Source: Takakia lepidozioides (lineage: Eukaryota > Plantae > Bryophyta). From it: a stretch of DNA of 64,000 nt. Position numbers and translations under genes: made by a program. Under the pieces are notes generated by a model. It was not told the origin of the DNA and ran no database searches. It saw only the letters and a list, made by a program, of their open reading frames with translations. The stretch is from positions 48,174,001 to 48,238,000 of the forward strand of contig CM060732.1 in NCBI GenBank assembly GCA_030704615.1, read 5' to 3'. The first letter of the stretch is position 1. Each line of letters opens with the position of its first letter. Below, in pieces: positions 13,076-24,827 of the stretch.

Positions 13076-16000
13076 ATTAAAATGAAAATAAAATTGAGTT
13101 CCCTCAAATTCGGGTCACTGAGACCAAAAAAACAATTTAGAGGCCTCTGTCCCTCCGTCAAAAGAAAAAAAAAAAAAAAAACCAGAATGACAGGTGTAGA
13201 GAGTAGAGAGTCTAGACTCTAGACGTGGCGGAATCTCTTGAGTGCTGCCCGACAAAAATGAAGGTATGGCTGCTTTGTGGCGTGCTGTCACTTGCTACAA
13301 AATTGCTTCAGAGATGACCGTGATCGGGCTGCAGAAGTAGCTTGGGACAGATGGAAGAACGCAGTTTTCTGGTGTGAGCGCCTTCTTCAACGAAGGGTCT
13401 ATCGTCGGATCCGTAAACAGGTCGCATGATGCGGATATTCTCCAGCAACATTTCCTTACAGACAGAAACGTCATGTAGCTTGTCCATGATCGAAGGTGAT
13501 CCGCTTCGCAAGCAGCAGCTGCAGATTTTGTGGAAAGGAAGAAGACTTGTCACAGGTTAGTTCCTGTTGCGTAGCCCACCCAGACACACATACACACACA
13601 CGTTTCTGTATACATATCAAATGGGTTAGACTGCGTCATAAAAGGAAGAATAATGTGATGGATGATGCTCTATGATGAGGAGCTGATGCCTAGTCATCTC
13701 TATCATGATTGGTCGATCAACTGTTCCAATAATGTATAACGACAAACCCCGGTGATGGAGTGAGTTTCAATATTCCGGAGCTTGGCGCCCACCTTCTCAC
13801 AAGAAGCTGATGCTAGGGAGATGGAGGGAGATGCTAGATGAACTGCATCCTCATGTCCAGCTGACTAACTAGGAGAGAATCCCAAGAAAGAAAAATCCTG
13901 TTCAATTGTTTGGATATCTATACTGTGGAGCGAAGTGTTGCTCGTAATGGAAAGTCGCAGTATCGGGTTCAATAAAACTGACAACAGAACTTTAAAACTT
14001 GGTATTTAAGTACTTGGAAGCTTAAGCTGCACAGGCGAAGCGCAGAGAGCAAATGGTGGAGAAGGAATCATAAATATATTTCATGTAGTGGGGAAATGAC
14101 AAGCATGCCTGGGCAGCCAAGAATGCTGTGCTAGGGCAGTGCTGACCTTATGGGTTGATCAACTGCTGGCGACCACCATAATGCCTCGATCACATGCTGA
14201 GCATTTTGTCTAACGATAGATGAAACCAGATGAGTAGAGGAACGTACCTTCGCATGATGTCTCGTGCGCGCCCTCTAGCCTTCGAACCCGACTGCTAGAG
14301 GCCATGCTCGACTGTCATGGCGATAGACTGAGCACTCCAAATCCTCCGACGATCTGTCCGTCCTACAGGCCTTGTGCAATGTACATGTATATTGCTTGCG
14401 CTCCTCAACATCTAGCGCGATTTGCAGCAATACGCCTTAAAAGCATCAACTATTGTGTAGACCCGGCAGCTATTATTTCACGCACTCCTCCAAGGCCACG
14501 AAACTGTAGACCAAAGAAAATTTACACACAGTACAACGTCAAGCTCATGAATCTTCAAAACGAAGAGAGAAAAACAGGAAATAGCTAATTGAAAAGTTCA
14601 TCAGGCCAGGTGGTATATTTTGTCTTGGTTCAAGGTCAACCACATTGGACTTGGCGGCAGACGAGTTTCAGACCTGTATCAAAGATCCAACCATCAGGGC
14701 AAGGATCTATGACAAGTTGTACACAACGGGAGTAGTGTGACTTCGAGTCTTTCCAAACTTTCCTGGTTGCACTTGTCGTATTCTGTGAGGTGTCCCAAGT
14801 CTTCCACGAGTTCAATTTCAGCTGCCTGGTGTACGAACATGGAGACCTCATTAACATTTAGTTTTCTTCCTTCCAAGCAGCAGTATATGTATCTTTGAGC
14901 CGGTTTTCCCTAGCTCTACGGACAAGCTTGTGAACGAGGAGGACGAAGAGTGATTAGCTCCTGGGAGCCCCCTGAAACAGAATCGCCGTAAGGTTGGTAT
15001 TTGCAGAACACAATAAAAGTCAATCTTGATACATCCATTAGCCCGTCGAGTGCTGTTTGCCACAGCGCAGGGCAGTCCATTCACTCAGGTATTGGATATT
15101 ATCGAGGAGGTGGTCGGTCTCTCTCCATGGCAGGTCATAAGAAACTGAATTTTTTTAGAACCAGCTAGCATATATGACTCTTCCATAATACACTTCTGGC
15201 TATTCTCTCTCCAGAGAAAGAGGACACCCCATTCGCTTCAAGAGCCTTCGAACGAAGTTCCCATCTATTGATATCTATACTTCTTGAATGTGGCGTAATG
15301 AGTAGTACGTGCAGATTGAAAGACTTTCGACAAACCAAAGCTGGAACAAAATCCGTAAGTGCACGAGAAGATAAGAATACAGGGTGTTTGCTGGTTTGCT
15401 CGAACATCGGATGGACCATTCTCCTCACTGTTGGGATTTTGAGACTACAGCAATTATGAGATAAGCTTGAATTGTTGGGATTGCCACTCCATTAAAATTA
15501 CAACACATTTAAATCCAGCGATAGACGCCCACTTGATATAATTACGTACCTACAATCCTGGACTTGAGAAATCTATCTACAGGAGCAATGACTGACGATG
15601 TCGATGTACCTCACGTAACTAGAGAATACCAAGTGGCTATTCTCTGGCAAGGACCACAAATTATCCAGATTGGAATAAATTTACTTTGACTGCTGCTCTG
15701 TCGTGGAAGACAGACAACTGCAATTTAAGTTTACATGCAGCTGCATATTCGAGCTGTGAAGACCTTGAACTCTAGCTATCTGCACACTGGTCTTCCTAAG
15801 TTGAACAAGGGTCAATCTAGTTACGTCCGCTGGACTTTTTTGAAGTGTTTTTTAGATTGCCAACAATACTCTAAAGAGCTGGAGAGTGTCACGTTTGACA
15901 TAATACTGCATGTTAAAATTCAATCTAGATCTCCTCGCATGGCGTCGATGTATGCTCATAAGGCACATATATAGCAAAAAGTGGAGGAGCTGTGAGATTG

Positions 16001-16726
16001 TCCTACATCCAGTGAATCAGATTGTGGATTGTACGAGGCATGCTTTGTGCAAAATTTTGTCTCGGGTTAAGAAGGCAGAACATTAAAGTGTGAAAAGCAT
16101 TTCGTGCACTCAGTCATGCTCTAAATGCTCCCACACGTCTGTTAGGAAGTGTATAATTTGTGTAGAGTGTATTTCTATGTCCCGGAACGTCACGCAACTT
16201 GCAGGAAATGGCCCACTTTCGGGTGCAGAGCTTGGCATGATCATATATAGGCATTTTCCATGACGTACATATAAAGCTTCTGATCGAGGGCCGGACTCTC
16301 CTTTTTATTAAAAGGACAATGAGAACTTTGACATAATTTCATGAGATGTGGCTGGCACAACCATCAATAGCAAGCGATGACGCTACAGTTCTCCAGCAGT
16401 TCTCATGATATATTATGACGTACTTGAACTATGAGTCTATGACCCTAGTACCGTGTGTATGATGGCACCTGATCAAGTGCACTAGTAACTGTAGTACTCG
16501 AATTCCCTGTGGAAACTTCTCCAGTAGAGCAAGAACTTCTCACATTTTCCACAACCGTCGCACTTGCTAAAACTTCGACCCTTACCTAAACATTGCTACT
16601 ACCACAACAACTCTGCATTTGAACACTAGCTGCAGCGGCACTGCAACAACTCGTCCGTAGATTTCTAAAAAAGGGACGGAAGATGGATGCATGCGAGACT
16701 TCTGGAACTTAAACCACAGAGTCCTA

Positions 16727-17807
16727 TTAGGGGCAGAAGACCACTTCGTAGTTGGAGCCGGTCTTGCAGGTGTAGTCCACGTTGCTGCTATCTGTGGAGT
16801 AGGCGAAGGCATTGGGGCATGCATTTTTGAAGGCGTTAGTACCGCTGGTGGGACTGCTAGTGGTGGGGCCATCGTGGTTGTAGCAGCCATCCCCTGGGGT
16901 GCCAGTGAGTGTGTTGGGACTTGTACAGAATCCGGTCTGAAGGTTGTTGATGACGCAGCTTGGCGATTCACACTGAAGATGCCCGTCGGCTGTTCCTCCG
17001 CTGGCGATGGTCGTTGGGCTCACCCGCATCCCCAGATTGAAAGCATTCTGCGAAGTCGAAAACCTCCATGATTTAAATCAATTATAATCTTGGTCTAACA
17101 CAAAGATCCCCTGAAGCTAACAACGGCACTGATCAATCCTGGAACCATCAGTTGCAACATGTAAAGGTCAATGCAACGACCAACCTGAGTTCGAACCTTA
17201 GCTATATGCTAAGGATCGCCCTCTACAACAAATGTCTGACTAGTATCTTGGGTGTTGTTAGAAGGGAGAGGGCATGCATACCACATTGCTGATGTCGTAA
17301 TAATCCAAGCTGTTGGCCCCGCCGATGGTGAATTCAGCGAGGTTGGCCTGGGGCTTGGCATTGTTACCAACGGATGGATCGTTGTTGTCGCCAGGGTAGG
17401 CCCATATGAGACCACCAGGCCAATTGCCGCCCACGTTGATCTGCTGAAAGCCGCTCCCGGACCCAAGCTTATAGCAGTTCACCGCAGCTCCGGCCTCGTT
17501 GTCCGTAGCGCATGCCGTGATGTCCTGTGAGCATTGATTTTTGATGTTGATAGTCGCAGCTGCAAAAACAACACCCCAAATCATATTTCTAGACTATAAC
17601 AATAGTCGGTCATCGATCTCATAGATCTACGGTCGTGATCGTAAGAATTGTTATCATGTGTCCAAAAGTATTATTGCAAATTATAACGTTCATCAACCAA
17701 GCATTAAAGGGTTTCAAAGAGTCGAACTGACCATCGACTAAGTCGAGCATACACCAAGCGAAAGCAATAAGCACCAGGGCAGGGATCGTCCTGCTCGACT
17801 TCGCCAT
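16727..17807 (-). CDS. Secreted thaumatin-like (PR-5-like) protein, atypical; exons 17807-17732, 17559-17282, 17047-16727
   Basis: Signal-peptide-like exon 1. Motifs INIKNQC, LAEFTI, DYYDISNV|NAFN, FKNACPNAFAY and YEVVFCP. Phase-consistent GT-AG introns. Confidence 0.88.
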
Positions 17808-20084
17808 TGATAGAGTGTGCACAGAGCGATTTTTGAGAACTAGTATGAAGGTGGCGAGAATTGCACACTGATGGCTGGTACTCATCATGTCTCTCTACAT
17901 ATACCTCCATGTGGAGCAAGTTAGATCTTTAGTCGACTAGTCACCACTCCGGACCCCCACCTGCTCCTCCCCGTACCCCAAGGCCCCACACGCTTGGGTC
18001 ACGCGACTTGTGGGGGGTCAAGAAAATGAAGTGTACGTGAACGCTTTGCATGAGCACGACTTATATGGTGTAACTTGACCATGAAGGGAGGGACACCTCA
18101 TATGAAAGGACACCTCTATGACATGCAAGATGAGATTAAACCACTAACCAATAGGCATACAGTAGTACCTCTGGATGAAGAAACAACATTAAAGATGCTT
18201 CCTTGGGGAGATGTTGTATTTTTTTAATTTGTTTTTACAGAAAATGGAAGGTAGCCCATTTCTTGTTGTTGTCGTCGAACGCTGTGAATACATTTATGTA
18301 TATATGACACCAACCAAAGCTTCCATTTTTTGTTGTAGTCGTCCAACGCCTTGAAAATAGGTATATATGACGCCCACCAAAGCTAGCGTAAATAATAGCC
18401 TCTTCCCCCTTGAAGATACTACTCCTTTTCAAGAGTAGGCTTCAGCAAATTGGTCCATCTTTGAGGAAGCGAGCTTGCCACTTTCAGTTTTATGTCTGTT
18501 GAGGATTTATAGCTGTAAGTGATCTCATGGTTGTAAGATGAAAAGTACTGAGGAGCAACTCTCTGGATTACGTTAAAGGTAATTTGAGTTTTTTCTTAGA
18601 ATTTGGATATTGGGCCAATTCGAAGTAATAATAGTTAAAAGGGGCTGTATTCCACCCGTATTGTCAAAGTGCCAGAAGCATAGGTTTGTAATTTTCACAG
18701 TTGTAAAGATTGATTGGTCTAGACAATGGTCATGACAAAATGTAAAATTCGATTCAAATGGAGGGGTTTGGAGTTTGGACCAAGCCCCGGTTGGTTCTCA
18801 GAAATGAGGGGAATGAGGGGCCACTGGTATATTCAGCTCAAATCATTTCCTGGATGCTGCTGCTACCCAATCTCCACTGGTTGGATTTGTTGGTACCGTT
18901 GACAATATAGGTAGTCTGTGTATAAGCATTATATGCGGGCAAAGGCGGGCAAGACATTGACATGGATAAATGAGACATGTGTAGTGTAGTAGCCATGGGG
19001 GTATTGTGTGGTCTGGTCTTCTATCTTGAAACGTGCACGCTAAGGCTTCCCATTTACCCACCCCTTAAGGAGGCAATACTCGCAAGGGAAAGAGGCTTTT
19101 ATTCTCGCTAGCTCCAGATGGCATCAAAGAATAGAGTACGCCTCAGAAAAGCATAATTATGGTGTATCTTGATCCCCGAGGGCTATTGCCTTCCGGCACA
19201 ACGGTCGACACATTTGCGACACCAATTGGTGAACGAAACACACAACCACTTCTGAGGCCGTATCTGGCTACAACTTGGGTTGGCAATATACCCCCATACA
19301 CCCCCGGATCCGGGAAATCGTCGGTGCCAAGGTTGCCACATCTATCCCATCGTGTGCAACAAATCTCGGGTGGGTTCGCTTCAATACCTCCGATCAACAT
19401 TCTCTTCCTCACTGGAATCCTCTTGGGGACGGTAAGTTAACATTTCTATTTTATCTTCATCAATGACTCTTTTATTTTTTTTAGTTTTATTTTTTATTTT
19501 TAGGAGAAAGGGGAGGAAGCCCTTTGGAGCTTTATTTATAATTATTGGAAGGGAAAAAAATTAAAACCCTTGGCCCGAAGGCTGCCATAAGGCATAACAC
19601 AGGGGTCGTGTTTGATACCACCAGGAATTGTCCACTGTCAGAGTTTATATTGCTCAAAAATATATTTTGTCTTACCCTCGGGGTCCAGGTATATTTTTCA
19701 ATCTTACATTTACCCTCCGATTAAGGGTATATTGCTGCTAGTGGATTTGAAGATTCTCATTTATACCCGGGTTTAGTTAATAAATATATATACTTGTTTA
19801 TCTAGGTACATCTTCAAGATATATGAATGATATATTTCAACAATGCTTGCAATATTGATAAAATAATCCAAGGGTAACAGCTACATAACACAACTTTGCA
19901 AGCTCCATTCCGTGAAGGTTTATATTATTTTTATTATTTTTATTTTAAAAAAGCTCCAAGAACTAAGATTGTATAGAGGATGGTTGGAGCACAAGCTAGA
20001 TTGGAAGCGCCACAAAGGGATTGCTCTCCAAGTGCCACAAGAGATTGGGACTGGCCGAGCTTAAATACACCATGGGCAAGGGTG

Positions 20085-20185
20085 ACAACCAAGTTGTAGC
20101 CCACTAGTCATGGGCACATACCACCTTCCAAGTGGTTTTGGGTTCAATCTATCGATTGGTGTCACAAAAGGTGTCCAGTGTCCAC
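20085..20185 (+). mobile_element. tRNA-derived SINE-like repeat, family 2
   Basis: gttgtagcccactagt...cacataccacc...gggttcaatc...tggtgtcacaaa. Matches the minus-strand copy at 24430-24520 and a weaker one at about 19190-19285. Confidence 0.6.
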
Positions 20186-20636
20186 TTTCCTCCCAGGCCA
20201 CAAAATCTTTTAAGAATATACCCCGGATATAGCATTACCCGCTAGGCAGGGGAAATGCATGGAGTAACGTGTGGCCTCCCACGTGCTTGTGGACCCAGGT
20301 CGCGGACAGTGCGGAACAACAAATTCTCCGACACGGTCACCCACAATGCTTACATCATTAAATCACTGACACGTAGGCTCTCCCGACAGTGCAACGTTAC
20401 AAAATGCAAACATGTTTACCGATGCCTCTGAAGTTTACCGCCGCTGCGGAACAATGGGCCGTCGAAAAATGGCACATCCCCTGACGTGAAGAAGTTGCCA
20501 TTATTTCTCATCGTATTGTCATGCCATCAGAAGACATCTCCCATGGGCCAGAGGATTTTGGGTAGAGGGAGATCCAATAAATACAATGTAAAATAATGGC
20601 AATCTCTTTACGCAAGTGGAGATGGAATGTTGTTTT

Positions 20637-22539
20637 TTATGGCTGCATGTAGTTTATCCCCTGCATCTGCACATGCCTTCGCTGACCAGCGCATATCAAA
20701 GGCTTTCTTGGCCTGTCGTTCCTCAGCGTGGGCCGCTTACCTTCAGCTTGAGTGTTTTTTTCTGCTGCACGTTTGGTTTTGGCTGCAAGGGCCTCCTCTT
20801 TCTTCCGCTCACGAGCTTTAATGGCCTCTTTTAGTCTAGCTTTTTGTTCCAGAGATGCTAAGTATATATCTGATGTCATGATTATTGACTTGCTATAGTC
20901 TATGATGGGATCGTTGGCATTCAATCTGACCCTCTTGTTTGTATGTGCAGGTGCCTCTGGTAGCGTAAGGAAGTGCGAGATTGAGCTTGGCCTTGGCAGG
21001 GATGGCTGGCCCACCACCAGCGAGGAGTCATCGTTGACCTCCATGGGCTCCCGACTCGTCCCCACTGCCTCCTCTTCATCGTCGTCGACGTGGTCGTCCC
21101 CATCATCAACCACCACAAAGTAGTGGTGTTGGTCTTCGGTTGTATTCGACACACAAGTGCTCAATAGCTGTCTTGAATGGCTTGAACACACCACATCAAG
21201 AGGCTGGAGTGCATGGGAAGTGTGGGAAGGAAGTGTAATCACGTCCAGTCCTACTAATCTAGCTTGTTTGACAACATCTATAGTGACATGCGAGTTATGA
21301 CCATCCAAGATCAGCAAGTGCCTATTTGTGACCGAGATCTCATTGCCCATTGCTTTTGCTGACTCCAAGAAATGTGAGATCTATTTGTGAAATAATATTG
21401 ATGTCATCCATGCCTTCATTTGCATTGCCATTGTAGCACCAGATTCGCATTTGTGAATGTAATTACGACGAAATCTTTTACCTTTGAAAATGTAGAAGTT
21501 CGGAATATAACTTCTTGCAGCGTTCATGCAGGTGAGGACACTCAACCATTCGCGTTGATATGGCGTTATCGAATGGACAGCTCTTGAACCAACCTTGGCA
21601 AGCACAACGGCACCTCCATTTCGCCCAGCTTGGGCCACTGACTCGTCGCAATTCCAGATCCTGTCAGCCCCATAGTTATGCTTGTTGTACATTTCTGTCA
21701 AGTTAGCATAGAATGTTTGAACATTTTCAAGACATAGTCCATTGGCCCTTCCACTCTCAAGTCCTTGAGCTACTCTAAGACTTAGGTGTGGATGTCTAGA
21801 CCTGAACCATCTCACCCACTCCCAGCCAAGGATCCCTTGTGTGAAAGGTGTGAGCCGTTCTTGAGTAAGTTATGCTACCTTGAGACGGAGTTGGGTCAGT
21901 GTCAATGGATGACCAATATCTTGCATTTTTTCAATATACTTCACTAGTTCATCCTCCTCATTGGCATCTAGCATTTCCTTGCTACCTCTCTTATTGTCGT
22001 AGTAACTCCATACCAATGGTTTCGTAGAGTAGTTGCAGATACCCCAAACATCTGTGCCGCAGATCTGATGTCGTCCCCACGATCAACAGCTGTCATGGCG
22101 CCTTGGAGCTGCACATCAGTCCAGTTCCTGTTTTTATGTGGACGCGGTCCTCTTCTTGGTCGCCCTCCCGTCCTAGCAAGAACGTCTTCATTGCTCTCCA
22201 CATTGAAATTAGCTTGATCTGATGGTGCTTTTGTTGCATGTGTAGTTGTATCGATCATCACTTCAGGTGGAAACTCTTATATAGATCCATGACCAACTTG
22301 AAATTCAACATTGGAATCTTGCCCTTGGCCCATTGATAATATTGATCACTCTCGTCTTCACTTTGACTGCCCTCATTTGCTGCATGTTCACAACGCTCAT
22401 TGTATGCACGACCAGAGTCACTAGCTTGGCTGTCAATCTCTATTGGGTTGTCACCCTCATCAACTACCTCGGTGTTTGGCAACAATCGGAAAGCTTGGGA
22501 AGGCCTAAAATCTTGGTCCATGGCTACTGCAGCAAACAC
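20637..22539 (-). mobile_element. Decayed pogo/Fot1-type (Tc1-mariner superfamily) transposase: HTH_psq, CENP-B HTH and DDE_1
   Basis: WTDVQLQGAMTAV..IRSAAQMFGVSATTLR, WFRSRHP.LSLR, IWNCDES, LILDGHNSH and LPSHTSHALQPLDV. Split by stops and frameshifts. Confidence 0.88.
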
Positions 22540-23404
22540 ACGTCTCTCCTCTGATCTGAATCCTAATAACTAAACTAGCAACTATCTTAAGTCTGCACTA
22601 AGCCTAAACTGATCCAGGAATCATCTCTAAGCTACGCAGCCCCCTCATGGATCGTGCACTGCAGTTAGCGAGATATGTGTATCGTAGTCATTCATAGTTT
22701 TCAGCGCGAGTTTCAAATGGCCCCCTATGAATTTCAAATGGGCAGCCTATGAATTTGAATGTGAGCAGCCGCCCAGCGCTGAATAAAAATTACATCGCCG
22801 CAAATCTGACCAACTTGGGCATTCATACAACGTTAATTAAGTTAAGAACGTGTGTACACCAAAACCTCAGCTTTATTAAGATGCAACCCTAATCAAGTTA
22901 CACATCGTATAATATTATGTACGCGTATGGTCACATAACAAAACTACATGTAGAGGAGGATGCCCATAAGTGCATCCAATCTAGCCCATTGAATGCAGTG
23001 TCTCTATTTAAGGGGTGTATGAACCCACTTTATGGCCCAAAAATAGGGGTCCATTTCAAGACCTGCTTATATTTGGGTGTAACTACCTTAGTGCCATGCT
23101 AGAGTGGCTTAGGGAGTGTAAGCACCTCGCGCGAGGGGCTTACAATCCATAACGCTCCTTGCCAGCCTGGCAAAGAGGTTGGGTAGGCTGGCAAGAGGTT
23201 GGGTAGCACGTGTGCGTGCTCACCCGAGCACAAGAGTATATTCCCCATATTTCTGAAAAAATTCCATGAAGTTTCCACAGCGAAATGAAATTGGCGAAAC
23301 TAACAATTATGCGAAACTAACACATAAAGAATAAGTAGCCCCTATACCTGATGAACATGTTACCCTATAGGCGTGGCTTTTTCTCAATGCAAAACCCACC
23401 GCCT

Positions 23405-23785
23405 ATTTGTGCCCATATCACATATCATTTTTCAATGTGAAATTCAGTTTGTGGCATTAGCACGTATTGAACTCTCATTTCACTGCGAAATGCAGTTTGT
23501 GCCCATAGCACATATAATTTTTCAGTGCAAAATTAACCTAAACTATCATTTCTCAGTGCGAAATGCAGTTTGGGCCCATAGCACATATAATTTCTCAGTG
23601 CGAAATTAACCTAAATCAACATTTCTCACTGCGAAATGCAGATCCTGCCCGTAACACATATAATTTCTCAGTGCGAAATTAACCTAAATCATCATTTCTC
23701 ACTGCAAAATGCAGTTTCTGCCCGTATCACATATAATTTCTCAGTGCAAAATTAACCTGAACTATCATTTCTCACTGCGAAATTC
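23405..23785. repeat. Tandem repeat, 73-bp unit, about 5 copies
   Basis: catttctcact recurs at 23620 and 23693. Each unit carries two tttctcaStgcgaaat sub-motifs. Confidence 0.85.
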
Positions 23786-23904
23786 ACCGCCACCGCTATA
23801 GGTTTAGGGTTTTTGGTTACAATAGTGAAGGTTTCGCCACTCTGAATTGGCGCAGATGTACAGTACAAATGCACCACTGAACTATACCTGATTATGGTTT
23901 ATTC

Positions 23905-24827
23905 CAATGTTGTGCGGGTTCTGCCTTTTTAAGGAACCCGTCAGGTCCGGGTTTTTTTTCGGAGCCAAGTCCGGGTCCGGGTCCGGATCCGGGTTTTTGA
24001 AATTTGGAAAATCCGGGTCCGGGTTTGGGTCCGGGTTTGTCAACACGGACTCGGGTTAGGGTCCGGGTAGTTGTTGGGAAATATTAGCGGGTTCACGGGT
24101 TCGGATCTGGGTCCTAATTAATTTGATTAAATAAATTAGAAAAATCAGATTAATTAGGGATAAAATTATTTTTGGCTGGAAAAAACTTTAAATCCTAATA
24201 ACGAATTTTATTTTAAGAGACATTCCTTCAAAATATACCATGAATATGTATTGCTCATTTAACACAAGAATTAAAATAGAAGTTTGAGTTCCATTTTCTA
24301 TTTTTCAATATCAATTCTTTAAGAATAGTAATATGCCTCAAGGATAGATCACTATAGCATGGATGTGTGGGATCTGGCCTAATAATAATATAAGATGCCT
24401 CCTTTGGGAGGTGTAAATTATGGTCCCATAGGGCACAACTTTGTGACACCACGCAGTGGATTGAACCCACAACCGCTTTTGAGGTGGTATGTGGCCATTA
24501 CCAGTGGGCTACAAGGTGGTGGGGCTGGCTGCTGCAGTGGCCTATTGCTGCCCGTCCCCTCCACACATATGACAAAACCTACCAGATCTAAGGTGGACCC
24601 CGCATGCTCCATTTAAAATTAAAACCTGGACCACCTACATTGGCCCGTGGGTAGCGGGCTTAAGGGGTTCTGGACTCAGCAGGCGGGTCCGGGTCCAGGT
24701 TCATTTCTAATATGAACCCGGTCAGGGTCAGGGTTTTTGTGATAGCCCGGGTCCGGGTGCGGGTCCCGGTAACCCGGATCCTAACCACCGGGTACCCGCC
24801 TTCAAAACCAGGAGCCGCACAACACTG
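23905..24827. mobile_element. Non-autonomous hAT-type element (923 bp)
   Basis: Imperfect TIRs CAATGTTGTGCGG / CCGCACAACACTG. 8-bp TSD GTTTATTC at 23897-23904 and 24828-24835. Subterminal CCGGGT arrays at both ends. Confidence 0.88.
24430..24520 (-). mobile_element. SINE family 2 head inside the hAT MITE
   Basis: The minus strand reads tgtagcccactggta...gtgggttcaatcc (A/B-box-like) and matches 20085-20185. Confidence 0.55.

Noticed and set aside
13250-15460. Possible small gene or pseudogene between the BPA1-like and TLP genes
   Set aside because: There are some splice-like signals, but all frames have stops and I recognise no motif.
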